From Treponemataceae bacterium (GTDB lineage: Bacteria > Spirochaetota > Spirochaetia > Treponematales > Rectinemataceae), in the NCBI GenBank assembly GCA_963667725.2, contig CAXXHO010000003.1, forward strand, positions 544,001 through 608,000: a stretch of DNA of 64,000 nucleotides, read 5' to 3'. The notes under the pieces are model-generated. The model was not told the DNA's origin. It did no database searches and saw only the letters and a list, made by a program, of their open reading frames with translations. The position numbers were made by a program, and so were the translations under genes. The first letter of the stretch is position 1. Every line of letters begins with the position of its first letter. Shown piece after piece: positions 20,464 to 30,422 of this stretch.

Positions 20464-20820
20464 ATGGAAACAACCTTTACCGAACAGATGCGGGAATTGC
20501 TCATTCTGCAGAAGCGCGAGATCCTTGAGGCACTCGCCGCCACAAATGAAGAATTCCGGGCTATCGTCGCGGAGATGGATCCCAAGGATGTAGCCGATGT
20601 CGCGTCCGATGATATCGACAGGAAGATGATCGAGGCGCTCGGCTCCCAGGATATCAAGAGGCTCAAAGCCATAGACGCGGCGCTCACGCGCATAAGTCAG
20701 GGGCGATACGGGCTTTGCATGGCCTGCGGCAAAAAAATACCCCAGGAAAGACTCGGGGCTATCCCCTACGCCGTCCTCTGCATCGACTGCCAGAAGAGCG
20801 AGGAAAGGCGAAACCGCTAG
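20464..20820 (+). CDS. dksA: TraR/DksA family zinc-finger regulator
   Basis: DVADVA coiled-coil tip, YGLCMACG...RL.AIP...CIDCQ. Confidence 0.85.
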   Translation: METTFTEQMRELLILQKREILEALAATNEEFRAIVAEMDPKDVADVASDDIDRKMIEALGSQDIKRLKAIDAALTRISQGRYGLCMACGKKIPQERLGAIPYAVLCIDCQKSEERRNR

Positions 20821-20881
20821 AGAAGGGATTGTTTCCCGATCGGAAAGAAATATATGCGGGGCAGCGGAAGCTGCCCCGTTT

Positions 20882-21757
20882 TTATATCTTCGCGCCTCGG
20901 CAAGCCTTCCCGGCTTCGTCGATCCCGATTTCCCGCCACAGGCGGTCGGCGTCCATATACCAGAGACTTTCGTAGCCCGCTTCCCTGGCCGCGCCGATGG
21001 CGACGGCCTGATATCGGCCGAGATGGGCAGGGGCGTGCGCGTCGTCGCCCAGGGTCAGCCTTAGGCCTTTCTCGCGCATGTGTTTCAGGATGGCCATGGA
21101 CGGGTAGGGCGAGTCGATCTTCCCCCTGGCCAGGCCGCCGGTGTTGATTTCCGCCACGCGATCCAGTTCGGAGGCCCTGTCGACGGCGGCATAGGCGGCG
21201 GCCAGATAATCGGCGGCCGTCTCGTCGAACCATCTTCCTTTCGCGTTGTTTTTCTTCACTAGATCGAAGTGTCCCAGAATGTCGAAACCGCCTTTTTCGA
21301 TCATGGCGATCAGGTTTTCATAGTATTGCTTCCAAACGAGCGACGCGTCTCCCCCAAGGCCGGCTACATGACGCGCGAAATCCTCCTCGGGCTCGTCGAC
21401 GGTAAATTCGTCCTGGGCCAGGCCGGTGAGGAAGTGAACGGAACCGAGGCGGAAATCGGGGTCGATGACGTCATAGACTTCGTCTCCGGGAGAAACGATG
21501 CCCCTGATGTAGTCAATTTCCAGGCCGAGGAGAATGGTCATGCCGCGGGGCTTCCAGAGCGAGGCGAGCGATCGTATCGACGCGGCGTAGTCGCCGATGG
21601 ATCGCCACTTCATGTTCCATGAGGTTTCGAAGGGCAGGGGTGCGTGGGAAGAGAATCCCAGGATGGAATAGCCGGTCTCGAACGCCGCTTCGGCCATGGT
21701 CGCGGCTCTCGATGTCCCGTCGCAGAATTCCGTGTGCGTGTGGTAACTGAACAGCAT
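20882..21757 (-). CDS. Histidinol-phosphatase, HisJ/PHP family
   Basis: HTHTEFCDG, GFSSHAP, GHFDL, EINT, GDDAH. Confidence 0.88.
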   Translation of the reverse strand: MLFSYHTHTEFCDGTSRAATMAEAAFETGYSILGFSSHAPLPFETSWNMKWRSIGDYAASIRSLASLWKPRGMTILLGLEIDYIRGIVSPGDEVYDVIDPDFRLGSVHFLTGLAQDEFTVDEPEEDFARHVAGLGGDASLVWKQYYENLIAMIEKGGFDILGHFDLVKKNNAKGRWFDETAADYLAAAYAAVDRASELDRVAEINTGGLARGKIDSPYPSMAILKHMREKGLRLTLGDDAHAPAHLGRYQAVAIGAAREAGYESLWYMDADRLWREIGIDEAGKACRGAKI

Positions 21758-21873
21758 GGCTTACTATAGCGGAAAGGCGGCGGGCCGCGCCAGCCGGGTT
21801 CCGCCTTGATCCGCCGGGCTGGCGCGGCCCGGGCGCTTGACTGTTCGCTCGCGCGACCCCTACTATTGAGCCA

Positions 21874-22989
21874 ATGGAACAGGAAAGGTCCTTCGACGCT
21901 GCCGCCTCCGATTCGGCCCGGATCGGCGAGAGTTTCAAGAATCTGGTGAAAGCCCTTCCCGATATCGTCTACGTTCTCGATCCTTCAGGCTATTTCGTCT
22001 ATCTGAACGAAGCGGTGCGCAGTCTCGGCTATGAGCCTGAATCGCTCATAGGCAGGCACTTTACCGAGATCATTCATGAGGATGACAGGCTCAAGGTATC
22101 CCGCGACGCCGTTCTCGCCAAGATCCGCACGCAGGAGGCTTTTCCGGAGACGCCTCCCAAGCTTTTCGACGAGCGCCGATCGGGTCAGCGAATGACGAGG
22201 GAGCTTGATGTAAGGCTCATCGGCGGTAAAAACGGGGAAATCGTCTACGCTTCGGTCAACGCCTATGGCGAACCGGTGGCCGACCCCGTTCTTCACTCGC
22301 TTTTCAAGACCGATGGTCCGGTGACGATGGGTGTCATCCATGACGTCACGGCCGCCATGCTCTACCGGAAAAGCCTCGAGGAAAACCTCGCCTCGAAGGA
22401 AATCCTCCTCAAGGAAATCCACAACCGCGTCCGCGACAATCTGCAGATGATCTCGAGCCTGGCCCACCTGCGCGAGATGGACGTCCACGAGGAAAGCGCG
22501 AAGCGGTCCCTCTCCGAGCTCATCGCCCAGATAAAATCCATCGCCATCGTCCACGAAGCGCTCTATCAAGCCGAAAATGTCTCGGGCGTCTCGGCGCGGC
22601 ATTATTTCGAGCACTTCGCCCGCCTCATGGCGCAGTCCTATGGCCATATCGGTTCTCCCGTCGCGCTGAAGGTAAACGCCGACGATTGTCTTCTCGACGC
22701 GGGAAGGCTTTCCTGCATGGCGGTGATCGCCAGCGAGTTCGTCTCGAACGCCTACCGTTACGCTTTTCAGGATGGCCGGGCGGGCACGATCACCATCACC
22801 TATCACCGACTGCCTGGCCGCGACGAACTTGCCGTCGTGGACGATGGAATGAGGCCTTCCTCAGACCGAGACATTGGGGCCGGGCTAGGCGCTGAAATCG
22901 TGGAGGCGCTGGCGAAGCAGCTTGGCGGGCGGATAGAAAGGGAGTCCGCTTGCGGCACCTCCATGAAACTGATAATGCCGTCGCGATGA
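21874..22989 (+). CDS. PAS-domain sensor histidine kinase (HisKA_2 type), with no adjacent response regulator
   Basis: PAS domain, EIHNRVRDNLQ H-box, EFVSNAYRYAF, GLG. Confidence 0.87.
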   Translation: MEQERSFDAAASDSARIGESFKNLVKALPDIVYVLDPSGYFVYLNEAVRSLGYEPESLIGRHFTEIIHEDDRLKVSRDAVLAKIRTQEAFPETPPKLFDERRSGQRMTRELDVRLIGGKNGEIVYASVNAYGEPVADPVLHSLFKTDGPVTMGVIHDVTAAMLYRKSLEENLASKEILLKEIHNRVRDNLQMISSLAHLREMDVHEESAKRSLSELIAQIKSIAIVHEALYQAENVSGVSARHYFEHFARLMAQSYGHIGSPVALKVNADDCLLDAGRLSCMAVIASEFVSNAYRYAFQDGRAGTITITYHRLPGRDELAVVDDGMRPSSDRDIGAGLGAEIVEALAKQLGGRIERESACGTSMKLIMPSR

Positions 22990-23011
22990 GAAGGGCTTTT
23001 TAATTTTTCTG

Positions 23012-23037
23012 TATATAATAGTTATATTATATATAAC
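23012..23037. promoter_or_regulatory. Nested AT-rich palindromes upstream of trxB
   Basis: TATATAATA-N4-TATTATATA overlapping GTTATAT-N3-ATATAAC. Confidence 0.5.
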
Positions 23038-23096
23038 ATTCAGGTTTTCCCCCGCTGACCTGAGGGGAAGACCGAGGATTCAAGGAGTCGAAAGGC

Positions 23097-24032
23097 ATGA
23101 ACGCCAGCTACGAACTGATCATCATTGGAGCGGGAGTGGCCGGATTGACGGCAGCCCAATATGGGGCCCGCGCGAATCTCAAAACGCTCGTCATCGAGGA
23201 AATGGCGCCCGGTGGGCAGGTCCTGCTCATCGACCAGCTGGAAAACTATCCCGGCATCAAGGAACCGGTTTCAGGCTATGATCTCTCGGAGACGATGAGG
23301 ATGCAGGCCGAAGGTTTCGGCGCCGAATTCGTCACGACATCGGTTGAAAAGGTTGAAAGGGCGGGCACGGGATTCTCCGTGACGACTTCAGACGGAATTT
23401 TCATGGCCGAAGCGGCCATCATCGCCACCGGCGCGAAGCATCGCCGGCTCGATATCCCCGGCGAGGAAGCCTTCATTGGCAGGGGCGTCTCCTATTGCGC
23501 AACCTGCGATGGTCCCTTCTTCAAGGGAAAGAAGATACTTGTCGTGGGAGGCGGGGACTCGGCCTGCGACGAAGCCATGTACCTCGCCAAGCTGTCGGAC
23601 AAGATTGTCATGATCCATCGCAAGGATCGCTTCAGGGCGCAGAAAGCTCTTGCCGAGCGCGTTCTGGACAACCCGAACGTGAAGGTCGTTTTCAATACGG
23701 TGGCGCTAGAGATTCGCGGCACGAAGAAAGTGGAGTCGGTCCTGCTGAAAGATGTGGTGAGCGGAGCAACGCGCGAGGAAGCCTTCGACGCGGTTTTCGT
23801 ATTCGTGGGGTCGGACCCGAACACAGCCTTCCTTCCCGATATAGCCAAGGATGAAACCCATTACGTCATCACCGACGAGAAGATGGCCACGAGCCTGCCC
23901 GGTCTCTTCGCCGCCGGCGATGTACGCGTTTCGCCCTTCAGGCAGATCGTGACGGCCTGCTCCGACGGAGCCGTGGCCGCCCACGCGGCATCCCAATACA
24001 TAGACGAGACGAGGGGGGCGGCGTATCGCTAG
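23097..24032 (+). CDS. trxB: Thioredoxin-disulfide reductase
   Basis: IIGAGVAG, GVSYCATCDG, VGGGDSA, FAAGDV. Confidence 0.96.
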   Translation: MNASYELIIIGAGVAGLTAAQYGARANLKTLVIEEMAPGGQVLLIDQLENYPGIKEPVSGYDLSETMRMQAEGFGAEFVTTSVEKVERAGTGFSVTTSDGIFMAEAAIIATGAKHRRLDIPGEEAFIGRGVSYCATCDGPFFKGKKILVVGGGDSACDEAMYLAKLSDKIVMIHRKDRFRAQKALAERVLDNPNVKVVFNTVALEIRGTKKVESVLLKDVVSGATREEAFDAVFVFVGSDPNTAFLPDIAKDETHYVITDEKMATSLPGLFAAGDVRVSPFRQIVTACSDGAVAAHAASQYIDETRGAAYR

Positions 24033-24072
24033 AAAACGGGAGCCGGGGCGGGCGGGGAGAGGCGGATCCGGA

Positions 24073-25812
24073 ACGAAGGTTGGATTATTCATCCTCTTCG
24101 CCGTCGTTTTCGTCCCTCTCGCTTTCGCCGCGCCGGGTTCTGCCGCGGCGAGCTCCGCCGCGAACCCGACCCCGCGCGATTTCTGGCGCGAGCCGGATGT
24201 TTCGGCCTATCCAGTCTTTTTGCAGGAAAAGTGGGCTTCCTATCTGGTCGAGGCATATCTGGAATCGATGACCGACGAGGAAATTCTTTCCCAGGTCCTC
24301 ATGGTGGGGTATTCGGGCATGGTACCCTCGGCCTCTCTTCTGCGCTGGGTGGAAACCTGGGGTATCGGCGGCGTCAAGATTTTTGGCTGGAACGCCGAGG
24401 ACACCACGGCGTTGGCCGACGCCATCGCCGTAATCCAAAAAAAGGCCCTTGCCCGTCCCTCCTCCCTGCCTGTCCTTGTCGCCACAGACCAGGAAGGCGG
24501 CTGGATTCGCCACGTGAAGGGAGAGACCTCGGAATCGTCGGGGAATATGGCCATCGGCGCCACCGCCTCGGTCCGCGACGCTTATCTGGCCGGTTTTCAT
24601 ATCGGAAAGGAACTGAGGATTCTCGGCATCACCATGAATTTCGCCCCCGATGTCGACATCGCGACCAATCCCGACAGCGTGATCATCGGACCGAGGGCTT
24701 TTTCCGACGATCCCGCCCTCGTGGCGAAACTGGGGCTCGCCTACGCGCGCGGCTCTCTCGCCGCCGGCGTCATTCCTACGGCCAAGCACTATCCGGGACA
24801 CGGCGCCACGTCCAAGGATTCCCATGGCTCGCTTCCCGTCATCGACGTCGACGAGAGCACCTTCCTGCGCCGGGAACTGGCTCCTTTCGCGAGCCTTGTC
24901 CGCGACGGAATTCCCGCCATCATGAGCGGCCACCTGGCTTTTCCCAAGATAACAGGCGGTTTCGAGCCGGCCTCGCTCTCGAAAACCCTGATCACCGACT
25001 ACCTGCGCGGCAGGCTGGGGTACAAAGGTCTCGTCATCACCGACGATCTCTATATGGCGGGAGCCCTTGGGGAGGGCTCCATCCTGGGCACCTGCATCCA
25101 AGCGCTGATGGCGGGAAACGACATGATTCTGCTCTCGGCCGCCCCCGATCTGGATGGAGCCTTGTGGAAGGGCCTTCTCGCCAAATATCGAGGGGATGAA
25201 GCCTTCGCCAAGAGAGTACAGGAGGCGGCGGGACGCGGAATCGCCCTCAAACTGAGGCATCTGCGGCCCTTGGGCGAGAAAGCGCTCGTGCCCGACTCCA
25301 GGGCCGTGGCCAGGCTTCTTCCCGATCCCGACGCACAGGTTTTTTTCAGGGACCTGGCCAGGCGCAGCGTTTCCCTCGTGGGGAAGGGCGAGCTGCCTTT
25401 CCTTCCCGAGAAAAAAGTAATGATCGCCGGACCTTTTTCCGTGTTCAATACGATTGGAAAGAAGAAATATCCCAATTCCACCTCCTACCAGTTTTCGTAC
25501 AGGCCGGAAAATGCAGCGTCCAAGGCCGAACTGGACGATTTCAGGACAGCGATATCAGGCTGCGAAGCCGCCATCGTCTGCGTCGCGAATATGGCGGGAC
25601 TGCAGTTCGCTAGCGCCGCCCACGACGCTGGTCTCAAGGTAGCGATCATATCCGTACTCTCGCCCGTTAATATAAGGCATTCCTCCTGGGCTCAGGCTAT
25701 CGTGGCCGTCTATCACTACGCGCCCGTCAGTCTGGAGGCCGGTTTTGAGGCCCTGCTCGGGGAAATCCCGGCGGGAGGCCACGTGCCTCTGTCGGCCAAG
25801 GCGCTGCAATAG
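24073..25812 (+). CDS. Glycoside hydrolase family 3 (beta-N-acetylhexosaminidase/NagZ-like); start uncertain (ACG 24073 or TTG 24220)
   Basis: ATDQEGG, NFAPDVD, KHYPGHG...DSH, VITDDL; an in-frame signal peptide lies upstream of the TTG. Confidence 0.88.
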   Translation, partial: TKVGLFILFAVVFVPLAFAAPGSAAASSAANPTPRDFWREPDVSAYPVFLQEKWASYLVEAYLESMTDEEILSQVLMVGYSGMVPSASLLRWVETWGIGGVKIFGWNAEDTTALADAIAVIQKKALARPSSLPVLVATDQEGGWIRHVKGETSESSGNMAIGATASVRDAYLAGFHIGKELRILGITMNFAPDVDIATNPDSVIIGPRAFSDDPALVAKLGLAYARGSLAAGVIPTAKHYPGHGATSKDSHGSLPVIDVDESTFLRRELAPFASLVRDGIPAIMSGHLAFPKITGGFEPASLSKTLITDYLRGRLGYKGLVITDDLYMAGALGEGSILGTCIQALMAGNDMILLSAAPDLDGALWKGLLAKYRGDEAFAKRVQEAAGRGIALKLRHLRPLGEKALVPDSRAVARLLPDPDAQVFFRDLARRSVSLVGKGELPFLPEKKVMIAGPFSVFNTIGKKKYPNSTSYQFSYRPENAASKAELDDFRTAISGCEAAIVCVANMAGLQFASAAHDAGLKVAIISVLSPVNIRHSSWAQAIVAVYHYAPVSLEAGFEALLGEIPAGGHVPLSAKALQ

Positions 25813-25829
25813 CCATGAGGCCGGATTGA

Positions 25830-26429
25830 ATGAGCGGCGTTTTGCGTGAAGCTGACCTGCTTGAATTCGATTTTCCGCCGCAGCGGGAAATCTGCGGCAT
25901 AGACGAGGCCGGCAGGGGGCCTTTGGCTGGCCCCGTCTGCGCCGCGGCCGTCATGCTCCCCGCGGATTTCGCCTTCGGACTGCTGGACGATTCCAAGGCT
26001 TTGAGTCCCGCTAAAAGGATTAGGGCCTACGAAGCCATTGTGTCGGGAGCTCTCGATTGGGCTGTGGGCTGGGCGACCTGGGAGGAAATCGGGCGCCTCA
26101 ACATTCTCAACGCCAGCCTTTTAGCGATGAAACGAGCCTTCGACGCCCTCATTCTCGAACCGCGGATGGTTTTCGTGGACGGCAACAAGGCGCCTTCCCT
26201 GGGCTGTCCGGTGTTTCCGCTCATAAAAGGCGACAGTCTGCTTCCCTCGATCATGGCCGCGTCCATTCTGGCCAAGGTAGCGCGGGATAGGCTCATGGCG
26301 AGGCTGGACGCCGTGGAGCCCCAGTACGGTTTCGCGCGGCACAAAGGCTATCCCACGAAGGAGCACCGGCAAGCCATAAAAAAAACCGGGCTCTCGCTCT
26401 GGGCGAGACCCGGTTTCAGGGTTGAATGA
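25830..26429 (+). CDS. rnhB: Ribonuclease HII
   Basis: GIDEAGRGPLAGPV, DDSK, KGD, AASILAKVARD, HKGYPT. Confidence 0.96.
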   Translation: MSGVLREADLLEFDFPPQREICGIDEAGRGPLAGPVCAAAVMLPADFAFGLLDDSKALSPAKRIRAYEAIVSGALDWAVGWATWEEIGRLNILNASLLAMKRAFDALILEPRMVFVDGNKAPSLGCPVFPLIKGDSLLPSIMAASILAKVARDRLMARLDAVEPQYGFARHKGYPTKEHRQAIKKTGLSLWARPGFRVE

Positions 26430-26444
26430 TCGGTCGGGCGGAGA

Positions 26445-27161
26445 TCAGTCCGTCGGGCCGGATTTTTTCACTTTGCGGACGACAATGCGCTTGACCGGCT
26501 TGTCCGCGCCGCGGGAAGCCGTGGCAGGGCCTTTGCTGCCCGGGCGTTCGGTGTATCGTCCCGCCGAGGACAGGGGTTTGCCCGATGAGGCGGCCGAGCG
26601 GCCGGAAGCTGCGCCCGAACGGGGCGAAGCGGTGAAGGTGCGACCCGCGGAAGCGCCCGAGCGGGGCGAGGCGGTGAAGGTTCGGCCGGCCGGAGCTCCC
26701 GTCCTTTCGGAAGGGGAACTGGTCCTGCCGGAGGGGCCGCCCGCGCGCACAACGGCTCTTCTCGCCGGTTTGTGGTCCGAATCGCCATGTTCGCGGTAGG
26801 ATGAAGATCTGCCTTCGCGGGGACTGTCGAACTCGCGGCGAGGTCTGGATTCCGAACTCCTGCGCGCGGGGCGCTTTCCTTCGTCCTCGTCGTCCGAGCG
26901 GTTGTACGCAGTCGGATCCGGGGCTACCTTGATACCTGTCTTGTCTATGAATTTAAGCGCCGATTGGAGGGATTTCAGGAATTCCTCCATATGTTCGCCG
27001 AACACCACGATGGAACGCCTGTCGAAGCTTTCACCTTCGCTGGGCTTGCTCTCGACGATGCTCAGGAACACGTCGCCGTTCCTGTTCTGTTTGACGTTGA
27101 AAAAATACGTCCTGCCATCGCAGGCGAATCTCGTCGAAAAAAGCTCTCCGCGAATACCCAT
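26445..27161 (-). CDS. PUR-domain (DUF3276/BpuR-like) nucleic-acid-binding protein with a long disordered tail
   Basis: MGIRGELFS...RTYFFNVKQNRNGDVFLSIVESK matches the spirochaete PUR domain. Confidence 0.85.
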   Translation of the reverse strand: MGIRGELFSTRFACDGRTYFFNVKQNRNGDVFLSIVESKPSEGESFDRRSIVVFGEHMEEFLKSLQSALKFIDKTGIKVAPDPTAYNRSDDEDEGKRPARRSSESRPRREFDSPREGRSSSYREHGDSDHKPARRAVVRAGGPSGRTSSPSERTGAPAGRTFTASPRSGASAGRTFTASPRSGAASGRSAASSGKPLSSAGRYTERPGSKGPATASRGADKPVKRIVVRKVKKSGPTD

Positions 27162-27242
27162 CCCTAACTCCTCTTGTAAGCAGCGTTCCATACTACACGA
27201 AAGTCCGGGTTTTGCACAAGCCGCGGAGCCTTCGCGGGCTTC

Positions 27243-29192
27243 TTAGCGGTCGGCGGCGCGTACCATGCCCACGTGCCATGAGAGGAAGTAATCCTCGTCG
27301 GCCAGACCGCCGCCCTCCACGTCGGCCATGACCCTGAAAACAGGTTCCGTGCCCGAGCCGCGCATCCAGAGGAAAGCCTTGGGCGCTCCCGCCGCCGTCG
27401 AGAAGACGATGCGCAGGCCTCCCTGCCCCGAGGCGGCGAAATCGTCGCCTATCGCCTTTTCGACGGTGCCGTTGGACGCGAAGGCTGTCCAGGACGTGAT
27501 GCCATAGCGACGATCTAGTTCGGATTTGCGTTTTTCCCATTCAGAGGAGAATATGTCCCGGTAGCTGGCCTTGAGGGCTATCTTATCGGAAGTTCGAACG
27601 TGCAGCGCCGCCCTCTCCTCGAAGACGCTCGTCGTGGCCCATACCGGCAGGCTCGCGATGACATCGGCGAGGTCATAATCGTCCCTGTATTCCGATTCCT
27701 TCCCGCAGGCCTTGAGCCAGAGGCGGAAAAGACCCGGGCTGTCCGGCAGGTCGGGGAGACGCAGGAGACGTATCATGGCGCCCAAGGTGGAGAGCGGGTC
27801 CCTCACCTTCGAAGGATGCGTTATCGTGCCCCCGTTCGATCCCTCGCCCAGGATGCGCACGGTCCAGCCCTCGCGGCGGAGATTCTCGGCGAGGTTCACG
27901 ACATTCGCCTCGCCCGTTTCCGATCTGAATACTGCGGCGCCGAAATAGCCGGCGATGCGTTCTATGCGCATGCTCGTCGCGTCGTTCACGACGACGGCGA
28001 TCCTACCCGATTTAAGCGCCGCGAGTTCGGCCAGGCAGGAGAGAGAGAATACTTCCTGGGCCTCAAGGATGCGCGCCTTTCCCTGGGCTTTGTCATAAAA
28101 GACAAGATTGCCTCGGTCGCCGTCGCAGTCGGGCACGTAACCCAGCTGGTACGCAGGATCTATGGCGTGGGCTTCGCCCACGAGGCGCATGCAGAGCGAA
28201 AGCGATCCGCCCTCGGGCACGATGCGGTGGCCGAAAAGTCTCGGCTGATCGTTGAAAAATTTCGTCCTGATCGACAGCCCCTCGAAGAAATCCCTGTCTA
28301 TGGAAAGCGACCTGGCCGAGCCGTTGAGTTCGGCGACGATGCCCAGGGGGCGCTTCGAGCAGGCATTGGCGAGCCGGTCCAGGCAATCGGCTTGATCTTC
28401 CATCGCCGATTCGCCCGTAACGACCTCATGGGTGAAAAGGGTATAGGCGGAGATGGACTGTCGTTTCCATGCCGTACATTCCTCGAAACAGGCGGCGACG
28501 GCTTCTTTCCTTGCTATCGATACCAGCGCGAGGGCCTCGCCCGAAGGATCGGGGGAAGCGACCGCTGCCTTGAAATCGGCGATGAGCGGGGTTATCTGGC
28601 TCGCGTTCAGGACGCCGCCCGTTCCAAGGCCGAATTTTACACCATTATGACCGGGAGGATTGTGGCTGGCTGATATGTAGGCGAATCCAGCGATCCTGCG
28701 GGGATCCTCGGCGGGCAGCCCGCCCGCGTTTCCCGCGAGCGCCATTATCTCCGGGACGGCAACGATGAAGCAGTAGCGCACCTCCATTCCCATACCCAGG
28801 AGGACGCGCGCGAAAATGTCGCCCAGGGCGGGGCCGGTAGGGCGGGAGTCGAGACCCAGGAGGACGGCAGGCTTCCCTCCGCCATGATTTTCCGTCGGCT
28901 GGCTCATGATGAAGTTGCCGAAGGCTCTCGCCATCAGCGCCGCGAGGACTGTGTCGGCCTTCGATATATGGATGGAGAGGGAGTCGTCGGCATCGTCGCC
29001 GGTCGACCATGAGGCTTGCGCGTCCCCGGCCAGAGGAGCCGCGAAGACTTTTCGCCAGCCCGATGCCGACAGTATCAGCGTCGAGGCGGCGCGTGCGATT
29101 TCGGCGCGGGAGGGCAGGCTCTTGGCGTCCAGAGGGAGAATGTCGGGATCTCCGATGTCGATACCCGTGGCGGGATGATATATCATGGACAC
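27243..29192 (-). CDS. Phosphohexomutase (PGM/PMM family)
   Basis: ISASHNP catalytic Ser loop, DCDGDR metal loop, RGSGTEP. Confidence 0.87.
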   Translation of the reverse strand: MSMIYHPATGIDIGDPDILPLDAKSLPSRAEIARAASTLILSASGWRKVFAAPLAGDAQASWSTGDDADDSLSIHISKADTVLAALMARAFGNFIMSQPTENHGGGKPAVLLGLDSRPTGPALGDIFARVLLGMGMEVRYCFIVAVPEIMALAGNAGGLPAEDPRRIAGFAYISASHNPPGHNGVKFGLGTGGVLNASQITPLIADFKAAVASPDPSGEALALVSIARKEAVAACFEECTAWKRQSISAYTLFTHEVVTGESAMEDQADCLDRLANACSKRPLGIVAELNGSARSLSIDRDFFEGLSIRTKFFNDQPRLFGHRIVPEGGSLSLCMRLVGEAHAIDPAYQLGYVPDCDGDRGNLVFYDKAQGKARILEAQEVFSLSCLAELAALKSGRIAVVVNDATSMRIERIAGYFGAAVFRSETGEANVVNLAENLRREGWTVRILGEGSNGGTITHPSKVRDPLSTLGAMIRLLRLPDLPDSPGLFRLWLKACGKESEYRDDYDLADVIASLPVWATTSVFEERAALHVRTSDKIALKASYRDIFSSEWEKRKSELDRRYGITSWTAFASNGTVEKAIGDDFAASGQGGLRIVFSTAAGAPKAFLWMRGSGTEPVFRVMADVEGGGLADEDYFLSWHVGMVRAADR

Positions 29193-29321
29193 GATGTCTC
29201 TCCTTATTGCCGCGGCGGCTTTTCCACCGCGCGTTGCATGTTTATCGCTAGTTTATTGCCAGTGCATTACCCGTTCATTGCCAGTATACGACAAGCATCA
29301 TCTAAAAATCCATAAAACGCA

Positions 29322-30422
29322 TTGCGCCCGCGTGAGCAAATCGATATCTTTTCGGGAGTGAACACCCTCAGCCTGTTGAAAAGCCTGGCCTCCGGATTCA
29401 TTCCGCTTCTCGCCTACATCGCGGCGGAACTCGTTTTCGGCGAGACAATAGGCCTCTTCGTGGGACTTGGCATCGGGATCCTCGAATTCATCATCTATTA
29501 TCTGAAGGAAAAGAAAGCCGACCTCTTCGTCGCCGCCGACACCCTGCTGCTGGCCGCCATGGGACTCCTCTCGCTTCTTCTGCGCAATCAGATATTCTTC
29601 CGCATGAAGCCGGCTATAATGGAAGGCTTCATGGCCATCGCCATGGTCTTCCTGCTCTTTCTGCCCCCAAAAGCGCTCCAAGGGTATATGAGCCATCAGA
29701 TCAAGGGAATTGTCCTGGACGAAGCCGGAATGCCGGCGCTCCGACGCAGCCTGGGCCTGATGGTGGCCGTGTTCGCGCTCCATGCCGGACTGACGGCTTG
29801 GGCGGCCTTGGCCGCCAGCACCGCCCTGTGGGGTTTCGTCTCCGGCGGCCTGCTCTATATCATGCTCGGCATAGCCCTGGCGGGTCAGTGGATGACGCTG
29901 CGCAGGCAGAAAAAAAACGCCCCCAGGCCCGCACCTTTGACCTGGTGCCTCCTTATCTTCGACGGGACGGGAAGCCTCTACGCGGGAAAAACCCCCGGGA
30001 ACGAAAGCCGATGGGACAGCCCCGCCAGAGGGAAAGCAGCCGGAGAAGCAGGCCTGGAGTCCAGTCTTGGACAGACGCTCGCCCGGCTGGGCATCAAAGC
30101 CGCGGGCGCGGACCATGCTTTTTCCATACGCCCCGCCTTCATCCTCGATGTTGCGGGAAAAATCTTGCCGATATCCGCGTCGCCGGAGCCGGGCGCCGAA
30201 TTGGTGCTCACCGCCGCGCTTCCGCTAGAAGCTTTCCCCAAAGGCATCGACCCGACCGAACGCAGACTCTGGCCTATTCCCGACCTCCTCGCTCTCGTCG
30301 CGACGAGCAAGCTGGCCGCTTCCTTTGAGCGGGAGCTCCTCGCGCTCTCCTTCCTGGGCAACCCTTTACGCGGCGAGGCCGGAGCAGGTATAGTGTCCGA
30401 TAATAATGATGCACATATTTAA
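29322..30422 (+). CDS. IspZ/YciB-like membrane protein with a soluble C-terminal domain
   Basis: N-terminal TM helices with FFRMKPAI motif; C-terminal domain possibly a degenerate Nudix fold. Confidence 0.55.
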   Translation: MRPREQIDIFSGVNTLSLLKSLASGFIPLLAYIAAELVFGETIGLFVGLGIGILEFIIYYLKEKKADLFVAADTLLLAAMGLLSLLLRNQIFFRMKPAIMEGFMAIAMVFLLFLPPKALQGYMSHQIKGIVLDEAGMPALRRSLGLMVAVFALHAGLTAWAALAASTALWGFVSGGLLYIMLGIALAGQWMTLRRQKKNAPRPAPLTWCLLIFDGTGSLYAGKTPGNESRWDSPARGKAAGEAGLESSLGQTLARLGIKAAGADHAFSIRPAFILDVAGKILPISASPEPGAELVLTAALPLEAFPKGIDPTERRLWPIPDLLALVATSKLAASFERELLALSFLGNPLRGEAGAGIVSDNNDAHI

